A DNA stretch of 36,859 bases. It comes from Myxococcota bacterium. Its GTDB lineage: Bacteria > Myxococcota_A > Polyangia > Polyangiales > Sandaracinaceae. Positions 1-8,364 of this stretch are shown here, piece by piece. The position numbers were made by a program, and so were the translations under genes. Each line of letters begins with the position of its first letter. Positions within the stretch are counted from its first letter, which is position 1. The DNA lies in contig JAYZQJ010000037.1 in the NCBI GenBank assembly GCA_036149055.1, forward strand, positions 1 through 36,859, in the 5' to 3' direction. The notes beneath the pieces are model-generated. The model saw nothing but the letters and a program-made list of their open reading frames with translations, did no database searches and had not been told where the DNA came from.

Positions 1-66
1 GGCGGCATGAGCCCCGGCTGGATCCTCAGCGGCAACACCGTCGCTCCCTACCGCCCCGCGCCCTAG
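1..66 (+). CDS. 3' end of a CDS truncated by the window start (unknown product)
   Basis: Frame 1 is open from base 1 (GGMSPGWILSGNTVAPYRPAP) to TAG at 64-66, uses GC-ending codons, and is followed by a terminator-like hairpin. Confidence 0.55.
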   Translation, partial: GGMSPGWILSGNTVAPYRPAP

Positions 67-85
67 AACACTTCGTCCACTCCCA

Positions 86-126
86 AGGCGGGGTCGGGCC
101 ACTGGCTCGGCCCCGCCTCCCTTTTT
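86..126 (+). terminator. Rho-independent terminator
   Basis: AGGCGGGGTCGGGCCA / TGGCTCGGCCCCGCCT stem (with G-U pairs) followed by CCCTTTTT, 20 nt after the stop codon at 66. Confidence 0.7.
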
Positions 127-197
127 CGGCCCGTCGAGCCACCGCGCTCCTCCGGGCGCGCCTCCCCGGAGTGGTTGTGTCATCCTCTCGGGCGACG

Positions 198-1061
198 ATG
201 TGCAGGCTCTTCGGTTTTCGTAGCGTGATCCCCAGTCAGGTCCACCGCTCGCTGGTCGCGGCGGAGAACGCGCTGGGGCGGCAGAGCGCGGGGCACCCGG
301 ACGGATGGGGCGTGGCGTTCTACGTGGACGGCGCGCCCCACGTGACCCGCAGCCCGAGCCACGCGCTGAGCGACGCGCTCTTCCATCGGGTGAGCGGCGT
401 GGTCGCCTCGGAGACGGTGCTGGCCCACGTGCGCAAGGCGACGCAGGGGCCGATGACGGTGCTGAACTGTCACCCCTTCCAGTACGGCCGCTGGGTCTTC
501 GCGCACAACGGCGACATCCCGCGCTTCCACAAGGACTACCGCCGGGAGCTCATGCAGGAGGTCGCGCCGCGCCTGCGTCGCTTCATCCTCGGCGAGACGG
601 ACAGCGAGGTGATGTTCTTCGTCTTCCTGTCCAAGCTCGAGAAGTTCGGGCGCCTCGACAAGCCGCACGCGGTCGGCGACGTGATGGAGGCGCTCCGGGA
701 CACCATCGCGGACGTGCAGAAGATCTGCGGGCCGGTCGCCGAGGACGAGAACCTCTTCCTCACCTGCATCGTGACCGACGGCGTCACCATGGTCGCGCAC
801 CAGGGCGGCAAAGAGCTCTACTGGTCGACCTACAAGACGCGCTGCGCCGACCGGGACACCTGCCCGAGCCTCGCGCCGGAGTGCGAGGCCCCGAGCGAGA
901 GCGGCTACGTGAACCACCTGATCTTCACCAGCGAGCCGCTGCAGGGCGAGAACGTCTGGCAGGAGATGCAGCCGGGCGAGCTGATCGGCGTGGACTGGCG
1001 GATGCGGGTCCGCCGTCACGAACCGGGCGTGCGCCGCCTCGACGTGGTCTCTCACGCGTAG
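198..1061 (+). CDS. Class II (Ntn) glutamine amidotransferase, YafJ/EgtC-like
   Basis: Starts MCRLFG (Cys2 nucleophile), with DGWG, AHVRKAT, NCHPF, FAHNG and GETDSE motifs; the start is set at the ATG at 198 so that Cys is N-terminal. Confidence 0.9.
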   Translation: MCRLFGFRSVIPSQVHRSLVAAENALGRQSAGHPDGWGVAFYVDGAPHVTRSPSHALSDALFHRVSGVVASETVLAHVRKATQGPMTVLNCHPFQYGRWVFAHNGDIPRFHKDYRRELMQEVAPRLRRFILGETDSEVMFFVFLSKLEKFGRLDKPHAVGDVMEALRDTIADVQKICGPVAEDENLFLTCIVTDGVTMVAHQGGKELYWSTYKTRCADRDTCPSLAPECEAPSESGYVNHLIFTSEPLQGENVWQEMQPGELIGVDWRMRVRRHEPGVRRLDVVSHA

Positions 1062-1921
1062 GTCTGCTCGAGCTCCCGCTTCTTCTTCGGGCGCTCCGGC
1101 GCGAGGCGTCCCGCCCCGCGCTCGACGATGTAGTTCAGCTCCGCGCCGACGAGCACGCTCAGGCTGCTGATCCAGAGCCACATCATGAAGACGATGACCG
1201 CGCCGATCGCGCCGTAGGTCTCCTGGTAGCTGCCGAAGCGCGACGCGTAGAAATTGAACGCGGCCGAGCCGGCGAGCCACAGCGCCGTCGCCGCCACCGC
1301 GCCCGGGCTCACCCACCGCCAGCGCGGCTTGCCGTCGCGGTCCGGCGCGAGCCGGTAGATCCAGCCGAGGCCGAGCATCACCGCGAGCGCGAGCAGCGGC
1401 CAGCGGAGCCACGTGATGGCGCTCTCCACCGACCCGCCGAGCTGCAGGGCCTCGAGCGCCGGCGGCACGAGCGCCACCAGGGCCAGCGCGGCCGCCGCGA
1501 ACACCAGGAGCGCGAGGGTCACGCCGATCGCGAGCCCGCGGACCTTCAGGAAGCTCCGCGTCTCTTCGCGCTCGTAGGCCTGGTTGATGGCGGCGAAGAG
1601 CTGGCTGACGCCGCTCGACGCGCTCCAGAGGAGGCCGAGCAGCGAGACCAGGAAGCCGACGCCGAGCGCGCCCGAGCTCTGGGCGACCAACGCGTGCATC
1701 TGCGTGCCGATCAGGTCGGCCGCGCTCGGGGGCATCACCGCGTAGAGCTGCTCGAGCTGGCTCTCCACCTGGGCCGGGTCCGAGAAGAGCCCGTAGAGGG
1801 AGACCAGCGCGATCAGCGCCGGGAAGATCGCCAGCATGGCGTAGAAGGCGAGGCCGGCGGCCACCGCCGGGACCCGGTCTCGCTTCAGCTCGTCTTTCAG
1901 GGCGCGCAGGGTGTCCATCAT
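1052..1921 (-). CDS. YihY / virulence factor BrkB family inner-membrane protein
   Basis: AAGLAFYAMLAIFP, LWSAS, AINQAY, PGAVAATALW and YQETYGAIGAVIVFMMWLWISSLSVLVGAELN are family signatures; about 6 TM helices. Confidence 0.92.
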   Translation of the reverse strand: MMDTLRALKDELKRDRVPAVAAGLAFYAMLAIFPALIALVSLYGLFSDPAQVESQLEQLYAVMPPSAADLIGTQMHALVAQSSGALGVGFLVSLLGLLWSASSGVSQLFAAINQAYEREETRSFLKVRGLAIGVTLALLVFAAAALALVALVPPALEALQLGGSVESAITWLRWPLLALAVMLGLGWIYRLAPDRDGKPRWRWVSPGAVAATALWLAGSAAFNFYASRFGSYQETYGAIGAVIVFMMWLWISSLSVLVGAELNYIVERGAGRLAPERPKKKRELEQTYA

Positions 1922-1936
1922 CGCGACGGAGACGTT

Positions 1937-1952
1937 TGCACCGCCCGTTCCG
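1937..1952 (-). promoter_or_regulatory. Possible sigma54 (-24/-12) promoter for the YihY gene
   Basis: Minus strand reads CGGAACGGGCGGTGCA, giving GG-N10-GC spacing about 16 nt upstream of the start codon; imperfect match to TGGCACG-N4-TTGC. Confidence 0.3.
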
Positions 1953-2017
1953 CCGCCACGCGACCGGCGCCCCGCCCATCGCGCGGCGGGGCAGGGCGCC
2001 TCGGGCGCGACGGAGCG

Positions 2018-3541
2018 CTACGCCCAGAAGCCGTCGGGCAGGGCCTCGGGCGCGGACGCGAAGGAGTCGCGCTTGTGCTTGGGCACGTAGCTCGGGTCGT
2101 CGTCCCGGTAGCTCTCGCCGTGACCGACCTCGTAGATGCCGCGGATGCGGAGCGCGATCTCCTTCGACTGCGCGAGGATCTCCTCGTGCAGGCCGGCCCC
2201 GTTGGTCCAGCCGCCGGTGAACCAGAGGTTGCTCTGCCCCTGCACCGCGGGCAGCAGGCGCTGCGCCGCCATGGCGTCGACCGTGAGCGTGTTGTGGCGG
2301 AGATAGGCGACCGCCTTCACCCGGTTCGAGGCCGGCAGGTCCAGCATGCTCGGCACGCCCTCGTCCTTCACCGCTCCGAAGGGGGTGAGCGTGAGATACG
2401 GCGGCGCGTTCGAGTCCTCGCCCTGATGCTTCCGCGTCACGTAGGTGATGGTGTACGGGCGCAGCGAGCGGGTGCCCGGCGGGTAGACGAGGATGTTGTA
2501 GGTGCTCCAGAGCGATTCGTCCTCGGGGAGCATCGCCTGGTCGTCGTGCACCACCGCCATCGAGTCGAAGTACTCGAACTGCGAGAGCAGGGTGGGCACC
2601 AGCGGCGGGAGCCCGAGCGCGATGACCCGGCTGACCACGTCGGCGTAGACGGCGCTGATCACGTGGTCGAAGGACTGCCGTCCTCCGCTCGGCGTCGCCG
2701 CGCTGAGGACCCTCCAGCCGCGGCCGGGATCGAGGTAGGCGGTGGGCGAGTGCCCGAGCCGGAGCTCCACGCCGCGCGCCTCGAGGCACCGGACGAGCTG
2801 ACGGATCCAGTCGCTCGCGCCGTTGACGAAGTAGTGGCGGGGCGAGGCCTCGTCGTTCTGCTTGGCCGCGCGGATCGCGTCGGTGCGCAGCCGGTCGCCG
2901 ATGCCCTCCTGGAGGTGGTAGTAGCTCATCACCGCGCGGATCGGCATCGACCCCGGATCGCGGTCGTTCATGTAGTACATGCCGTTGATGCGGGCGCGCA
3001 GGTTGTACTCGGCGAAGTCCTCGGAGTAGCCCTGCTCGGCGATGAACTCGTCGACGCTCATCGTCGCGTACTTCGCCTCGTGCAGCACGTCGTAGGCGAC
3101 CGCCTGGAAGGCGTCCCAGTCGCGCGCGATGTCCTTCAGCCACGGCTCCTCGGGGTGCTCCTCCCAGTGCGCCATCTGCTCGGCGGTGTAGGTGCGCGCG
3201 CCCCGGGTCACGCCGCGCGGCGTGGTCCAGGTGGTGGTGTCGATGAGCGGCTCGTGAGGGACCGGGTAGCCGTCCTGCTCGAGCTGCGCGAGCACCGCCA
3301 TGAACAGGTGGTAGCGCTCGGTGTTGAAGTCGTTGACGGCCAGGTCGACGAACGGCTTCGTGTAGCCGTCGTCGCCGAGGTAGGCGCTGTAGCAGTTGCC
3401 GCCGATCCGTTCGGCGACGTCGAAGACGGTGCAGCGGTAGATGGTCTCGCCGTCCGCCGACGTGCGCCCGTGAAGGAAGTAGGCGGCGGACAGGCCTGCG
3501 ACGCCTCCGCCGAGGATCGCGACGTGCTTCTCCGTGGTCAT
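2018..3541 (-). CDS. FAD/NAD-dependent oxidoreductase, COG2907-like (amine oxidase / desaturase fold)
   Basis: N-terminal GGGVAGLSAA dinucleotide-binding motif, RIGG, VDLAVNDFN..RY, and C-terminal AAQRLLPAVQGQSNLWFTGGW..GLHEE; GGGAGGG RBS upstream. Confidence 0.8.
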   Translation of the reverse strand: MTTEKHVAILGGGVAGLSAAYFLHGRTSADGETIYRCTVFDVAERIGGNCYSAYLGDDGYTKPFVDLAVNDFNTERYHLFMAVLAQLEQDGYPVPHEPLIDTTTWTTPRGVTRGARTYTAEQMAHWEEHPEEPWLKDIARDWDAFQAVAYDVLHEAKYATMSVDEFIAEQGYSEDFAEYNLRARINGMYYMNDRDPGSMPIRAVMSYYHLQEGIGDRLRTDAIRAAKQNDEASPRHYFVNGASDWIRQLVRCLEARGVELRLGHSPTAYLDPGRGWRVLSAATPSGGRQSFDHVISAVYADVVSRVIALGLPPLVPTLLSQFEYFDSMAVVHDDQAMLPEDESLWSTYNILVYPPGTRSLRPYTITYVTRKHQGEDSNAPPYLTLTPFGAVKDEGVPSMLDLPASNRVKAVAYLRHNTLTVDAMAAQRLLPAVQGQSNLWFTGGWTNGAGLHEEILAQSKEIALRIRGIYEVGHGESYRDDDPSYVPKHKRDSFASAPEALPDGFWA

Positions 3542-3596
3542 GGAACCCTCCCGCGCGCACGCTACCCGGAGGCGCGCGCGTGGGGCAATGACGTTT

Positions 3597-6500
3597 TCAG
3601 CCGGCCGACGGTTTCCACGCGAGGATCGCGAGGCTCTCGGGGTGAGAGAGGAAGCCGCGGCGGGCCGCCTCGTCCTCGATGCGATCGGCCCGGGTCTCGA
3701 GCCGGGCGCGCGCGTCGGCGATCGCGGCCGCGGCTCCGTCGGCGTCGCCCGCGGCGTCCCGCGCCATCGCCAGCGCGAGGGGCGGCACCGCCTCCCCCTG
3801 CAGCATGCCCCCGAGCCGTTCGAGGGTCGCCATCGCGCGCTCGGCCGCGGCGAGGCCCTCCTCGGCCCGGCCCGTCAGCGCCAGCGCGCGCGCGTGCAGA
3901 CCGAGCGCCCAGGCCTCCAGCCCGGGGGAGACCGACAGGAGCGCGGCCGCCTCGCGCGCCGAGGCCTCCTCCGCCCGGTGCTCGCCCTCGAGGTGCTCGA
4001 GCGCGGCGCGGTGCGCGATCGCCCACCCCATGAGGCGCGGGTTGCCCACCGCGCGACACTCGGCGATGGCCTGCTCCAGCACCGCGCGCGCCTCCCCCCG
4101 CGCGCCCGCGACGTGGGTCAGGATGTAACCGAGGTTCACCTTCGCATAGGTGATCGCTTGCTGGGCGCCCATGTCCTCGCAGCGCTTGAGGTTGGCGCGG
4201 CAGATGCGCTCCGCCTCCACGAAGTCACCGAGCTCCGCGTGGCACCACGCGACCGTGGTCCGCTCCAGCGACGCGTTGCGCACGTCGCCGGCGCGCTCGA
4301 AGGCGTCGACCGCGCGCGAGAGGTGGTGGAGGAAGGTGCTGACGTCGCCCACCATCGCGGCCCGCACGCCGCGCACGTGATGCACCTGGCCCAGGGTGAG
4401 CGCGTCCAGGTCCTCCGCGGCGGCCAGCTCGGCGACCCGGGCGAGCACCCGATCGGCCTCGTCGAAGCGGCCGTGGAAGATCAGCTGGAAGGTGCCGCGG
4501 CAGAGCGCGATGAGCTGCTCGGCGGCGGCGTCGGCCGCGGGGCGCGAGGCGAGCACCCGCTCGAAGAGCGCGTCGACGCCGTCGAAGTCGCCGAGGCGCG
4601 CGCTCGCCACCGTCGCGCTGCCGAGCGCGCGGTACCAGTCCCGGCTCCCGGCGGGCAGGAGCGCCTCGGCCTCCTCGCCGCGCTCGCGGGCGCCCGCGTA
4701 GTCGCTCTGCCAGTAGCGGGCGAGGGACTCGAGCGCGCGGAGCGAGCCGAGCGTGACCCCGGCGGCGCCGGCCTGGGCGGCGCGCGAGACCCGCTCGACC
4801 GCCGCCTCGAGGTCGTTGCCCTCGAGCGCCTGATCGGCGGCGCGGTGGAACCATCGGATCGCCTCGTTGCGGGCGCCGCCGCGGTCGAAGTGCTCGGCGA
4901 GCACCACCGCGTCCTGTTCACCGGCGCGCCGGAGCCACTCGCCCGCGAGCCGGTGGCCGACCTCGCGGTCCTCCTCGGTCAGCAGCGCGTAGGCGCCGTC
5001 CCGCATGAGCGCGTGCCGGAAGCGCCACTCGGTCTCGGCGGGGAAGCGGGACTCGTGACGGCGGCTGACGACCTCGCGCTCGCTCAGCTCGCGGAGCCAC
5101 TCCGCGGCCGAGACCGGGGCGTCGCCGAGCAGCCCCTCGACGGCGCGCGTCCAGAAGACCTCGCCGAAGACCGCGGCCGCGCGCAGCACCGTCTTGGCCT
5201 CGTGTCCCAGCGCGTCGAGCCGCGTCTGCACCATGCCGATCACGGTGTCCGGCAGGGCGCCCCGCTCGTCCTCGGCCGCCGCCCGGATCAGCTCCTCGAG
5301 GTAGAACGCGTTCCCGCCGGCGCGGACCGCGAGCTTGCGGGCCAGGTCCTCGTCGACGTCCTCGCCGAGGACCTGCTTGATCAGCTGCACGCTGGCGCGC
5401 TGGCTGAGGCTCGCGAGGTGGATCTCCTGCAGCCCGCGGCGCTCGAAGAGATCGCCAAAGCGCTCCTTCACCTCGGGCCGCGCGAGCGCGAGCACCATCA
5501 GGGGCAGCTCCTCGCACCGCGCGAGCGCCGCGTCGACGAAGCGCACCGACGGCACGTCGCCCCAGTGCAGATCCTCGAGGATGACGAGCACCGGGCGACG
5601 CGCGCACTCGGCCGCCAGCCAGTCGGTGAAGGCGCGACGCATCGCCTCGCCAAGCAGCATCGGATCCTGGCGCGCGGCCCGCAGCGCGTCCGGCACCTCG
5701 CCCTCGAGCGGCGCGCCGATCAGCTCGGCCAGGAAGACCCAGACCCGCTCGAGGTCGTCGCCGTCGAGCGCCCGGGCCAGCCGCTCGCGGAGCCGACGCC
5801 GGGTCTCGTCGGGCCGGCTGGCGTCGGTGGCCCCGGCCCAGCGCCGGAGCGCCGGCGCGATCATGCCGAAGGGCGAGCCCGCGCTGAGCGAGTCGCCTTG
5901 CCCCTCGAGCACGGTGACCGACTCGCCTCTCCGCCGGAGCGCCCGCAGCAGCTCGTAGCGGAGCCGCGTCTTGCCCATGCCCGCCTCGGCGGTGACGAGC
6001 GCGGCGGTGGCCATGTGCTCCTCGACCGTGTGGTCCCAGAGCGAGCTCAGCGTGCCCAGCTCGCGTCGGCGGCCGACCGAGACGGTGGGCTTGCCGAGCA
6101 GGGTGCGCGTCGCCTCCTTGGTGCGCTCCCCCACCAGCCGCCCGGCGCTGCCGTGCTGCGAGAGGTCGAACCTCGCCTCGAGCAGCGGCACGGTCGAGGA
6201 CTGCACCCGGACCTCGCCGCGGGTGGCCTCGCCGAGGAGCGACGCGGCGCGGTCGACCGCCTCGCCGACGGGGACGCGGCCGTCGCTCTCCGCCTGGCCG
6301 AGGCCGATGGCGAGGGAGAGCTCGGGCACCGCGTGGCGGAGGGCGAGCGCGATCCGGCCCGCGCGGACCGCCTGGTCCGAGGGCGCGCCCGGCGGCTCGA
6401 AGGTGACCACGAACGACCCCGGCGAGAGCCAGACGAGGCTCGCCCCCGCCCGCTCCACCGCCAGCTCGACCTCCGCCCTCGCCGCGCCGGCGCCGGCCGG

Positions 6501-7448
6501 GAGCGCGCCCACCACCACGCAGCGCACGCGCCGCTCGCTCCCGCCGAGCGAGGGGGTCGACGGGCGGATGCCGTAGGCCGGCGTCGGCGCGCTCGTGTCG
6601 ATGACCTCGAGGGCCACCGCGAGCATCTCCCCGTTCGGGTGCCGCGCGTCGGGGTCCTTCTCGAGCGTCCGCTGCACCAGGTCGAGGAGCGGCGCCGGGA
6701 GGTCCGGCCGCGCGGCGTGGATGGAGGGCGGCGCGTCGAGCAGGATCTTCGCGAGGAGCGCCATGATGTGGTGGGCGCGGAACGCCGGGGTGCCGGCGAG
6801 GCACTCGTAGAGCACGCAGCCCAGGGCCCACACGTCGGCGGCGGGCCCCACCTTGCCCTCGGCGCGGACCTGCTCGGGGGCCATGTAGGCCGGCGTCCCG
6901 ACGAGCACCCCCGTCATGGTGAGCGGTCGCGCGTCCCGCAGGGCGGCGGCGCCGAGGTCGAGCAGCTTGACCTGCCCCACGTCGCCGCCGACCAGGAAGA
7001 GGTTCGCCGGCTTGACGTCGCGGTGCACGATGCCGTGGCGGTGCAGCTCGGCCAGGGCGGAGGCGACGCGGCGCCCGAGGGTCAGCGTGTCCGCCGGCGA
7101 CAGGAAGCCCACGGTGGGCTTGCCCGACGCCAGGGTCGCGTCGCTCCGCGCGCCGAGGTGGTTGCGCAGGTCCTCGCCCTCGAGCCACTCCATTGCGAGG
7201 TAGGCGGTCCCGTCGGCGGTCATGCCGTGCGCGACGTGCTCGACCAGCGCCGGGTGACGGACCCGCGCGAGCACCTGCGCCTCGCGCGCGAAGCGGTCCT
7301 CGGCCGAGGGATCGTCGGTGGCGATGAGCTTGAGCGCGACCGGGCGGCCGGTGTGGCCGTCGGTCGCTCGGAGCAGCCGACCCATGCCGCCGCGCGCGAT
7401 CTCGGCCTCGAGCGTGAAGCGCCCGTCGACGACGTCCCCCGGATGCAC
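3597..7448 (-). CDS. Ser/Thr protein kinase - degenerate class III cyclase-like domain - AAA/STAND ATPase - TPR-like repeat protein
   Basis: ARGGMG, VALK, HRDVKPAN, DLG, GTPAYMAPEQ and DVWALG kinase motifs; Walker A AEAGMGKT; Walker B VILEDLHW; GGNAFYLEEL; FRHALMRDGAY; helical C-terminus. Start placed at GTG 7448 because the upstream part of the ORF overlaps the divergent TrkA-C gene. Confidence 0.88.
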   Translation of the reverse strand: MHPGDVVDGRFTLEAEIARGGMGRLLRATDGHTGRPVALKLIATDDPSAEDRFAREAQVLARVRHPALVEHVAHGMTADGTAYLAMEWLEGEDLRNHLGARSDATLASGKPTVGFLSPADTLTLGRRVASALAELHRHGIVHRDVKPANLFLVGGDVGQVKLLDLGAAALRDARPLTMTGVLVGTPAYMAPEQVRAEGKVGPAADVWALGCVLYECLAGTPAFRAHHIMALLAKILLDAPPSIHAARPDLPAPLLDLVQRTLEKDPDARHPNGEMLAVALEVIDTSAPTPAYGIRPSTPSLGGSERRVRCVVVGALPAGAGAARAEVELAVERAGASLVWLSPGSFVVTFEPPGAPSDQAVRAGRIALALRHAVPELSLAIGLGQAESDGRVPVGEAVDRAASLLGEATRGEVRVQSSTVPLLEARFDLSQHGSAGRLVGERTKEATRTLLGKPTVSVGRRRELGTLSSLWDHTVEEHMATAALVTAEAGMGKTRLRYELLRALRRRGESVTVLEGQGDSLSAGSPFGMIAPALRRWAGATDASRPDETRRRLRERLARALDGDDLERVWVFLAELIGAPLEGEVPDALRAARQDPMLLGEAMRRAFTDWLAAECARRPVLVILEDLHWGDVPSVRFVDAALARCEELPLMVLALARPEVKERFGDLFERRGLQEIHLASLSQRASVQLIKQVLGEDVDEDLARKLAVRAGGNAFYLEELIRAAAEDERGALPDTVIGMVQTRLDALGHEAKTVLRAAAVFGEVFWTRAVEGLLGDAPVSAAEWLRELSEREVVSRRHESRFPAETEWRFRHALMRDGAYALLTEEDREVGHRLAGEWLRRAGEQDAVVLAEHFDRGGARNEAIRWFHRAADQALEGNDLEAAVERVSRAAQAGAAGVTLGSLRALESLARYWQSDYAGARERGEEAEALLPAGSRDWYRALGSATVASARLGDFDGVDALFERVLASRPAADAAAEQLIALCRGTFQLIFHGRFDEADRVLARVAELAAAEDLDALTLGQVHHVRGVRAAMVGDVSTFLHHLSRAVDAFERAGDVRNASLERTTVAWCHAELGDFVEAERICRANLKRCEDMGAQQAITYAKVNLGYILTHVAGARGEARAVLEQAIAECRAVGNPRLMGWAIAHRAALEHLEGEHRAEEASAREAAALLSVSPGLEAWALGLHARALALTGRAEEGLAAAERAMATLERLGGMLQGEAVPPLALAMARDAAGDADGAAAAIADARARLETRADRIEDEAARRGFLSHPESLAILAWKPSAG

Positions 7449-7536
7449 GGCGCGAGGGTCGCACAAGTGCGCGCGCCGCGAAAGGGGCGCTGTCGCCGGT
7501 TTGAGCGCGTCCGGGGTGGGATTACCTCCCGCGCGT

Positions 7537-8244
7537 ATGGCCGCGCTGCTCTCCCTCGTGGTGGTCGTCGTGCTCTCGCTGCTGGTCACGCGGGTGGCGA
7601 CCACCGCGCTCGTGCACACCGGCCTCTCGCGCGAGGTGGCCAAGTTCCAGGCGCGGTCGGCGTTCACCGGGGTGGGGTTCACGACGAGGGAGTCGGAGAA
7701 GGTGGTCGGGCACCCGGTGCGCCGGCGCGTGGTGCTGCTCCTGATGCTGCTCGGCAACGCCGGCTTCATCACCGCGCTGGCGTCGCTGGTGTTGACGTTC
7801 GTGAACGAGTCGTTCGGCACCACGCTGCTGCGCGTCGGCATCCTGCTCGCGGCGCTCGCCGCCATCTGGCGCCTCGCGGCCAGCCGCTTCCTCGACCGCC
7901 GCATCGAGCGGCTGATCGTGGCCGCCCTCCGCCGCTTCACCGACCTCGACGTCGCCGACTACGCCAGCCTGCTCCACGTGAACGGGCCGTTCGGCATCGG
8001 CTCGCTGCGGGTCTCCGAGGGGGACTGGGTGGCGCACAAGACGCTCGCCGAGTCCCGCCTCCGCCACGAAGGCGCCATGGTGCTCGGCGTGGAGCGCGCC
8101 GACGGCAGCTACGTGGGCGCCCCCGACGGCGCGACCGAGATCCTCCCGGGGGACGAGCTCGTGCTCTACGGCCGTGACGACGTGCTCCGCGGCCTCGACG
8201 ACCGCCTCGAGGGCCTGCGCGGAGACGCCGAGCACGCCGCCTGA
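7537..8244 (+). CDS. Small K+ transport/channel-like membrane protein with C-terminal TrkA-C (RCK_C) domain
   Basis: TM helix, FQARSAFTGVGFTTRESE pore-loop-like motif, two more TM helices, then VAHKTLAESRLRHEGAMVLGVERADG..P...TEILPGDELVLYG (TrkA-C). Confidence 0.85.
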   Translation: MAALLSLVVVVVLSLLVTRVATTALVHTGLSREVAKFQARSAFTGVGFTTRESEKVVGHPVRRRVVLLLMLLGNAGFITALASLVLTFVNESFGTTLLRVGILLAALAAIWRLAASRFLDRRIERLIVAALRRFTDLDVADYASLLHVNGPFGIGSLRVSEGDWVAHKTLAESRLRHEGAMVLGVERADGSYVGAPDGATEILPGDELVLYGRDDVLRGLDDRLEGLRGDAEHAA

Positions 8245-8310
8245 ACGGCGTGACGAGTCGGTGTCGGTGCCGCGCCTCCCCGGATGGCGACAAGCGAGCC
8301 CGCCCCGGTC

Positions 8311-8319
8311 TGCTAGGGT
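8311..8319 (+). promoter_or_regulatory. Putative extended -10 promoter element (TGnTAnnnT)
   Basis: TGCTAGGGT about 45 nt upstream of the 8365 ATG (GGGAGG RBS); the identical 9-mer occurs at 18090-18098. Confidence 0.45.
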
Positions 8320-8364
8320 CTCCGCGGCAATCTGGCCCGCTCGCGGTGGGCCCTGGGAGGAATC

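Noticed and set aside
7449..7940. N-terminal 164 aa of the 1447-aa kinase ORF
   Set aside because: Antisense to the well-supported TrkA-C gene; the kinase fold begins at VHPGDVVDGRF
180..8177. Very long alternative-frame ORFs (180..3560 -, 305..4033 +, 3534..8177 +, 4918..7464 -)
   Set aside because: Arg/Gly/Pro-rich or antisense shadows of real genes, produced by stop-codon scarcity at high GC; no motifs
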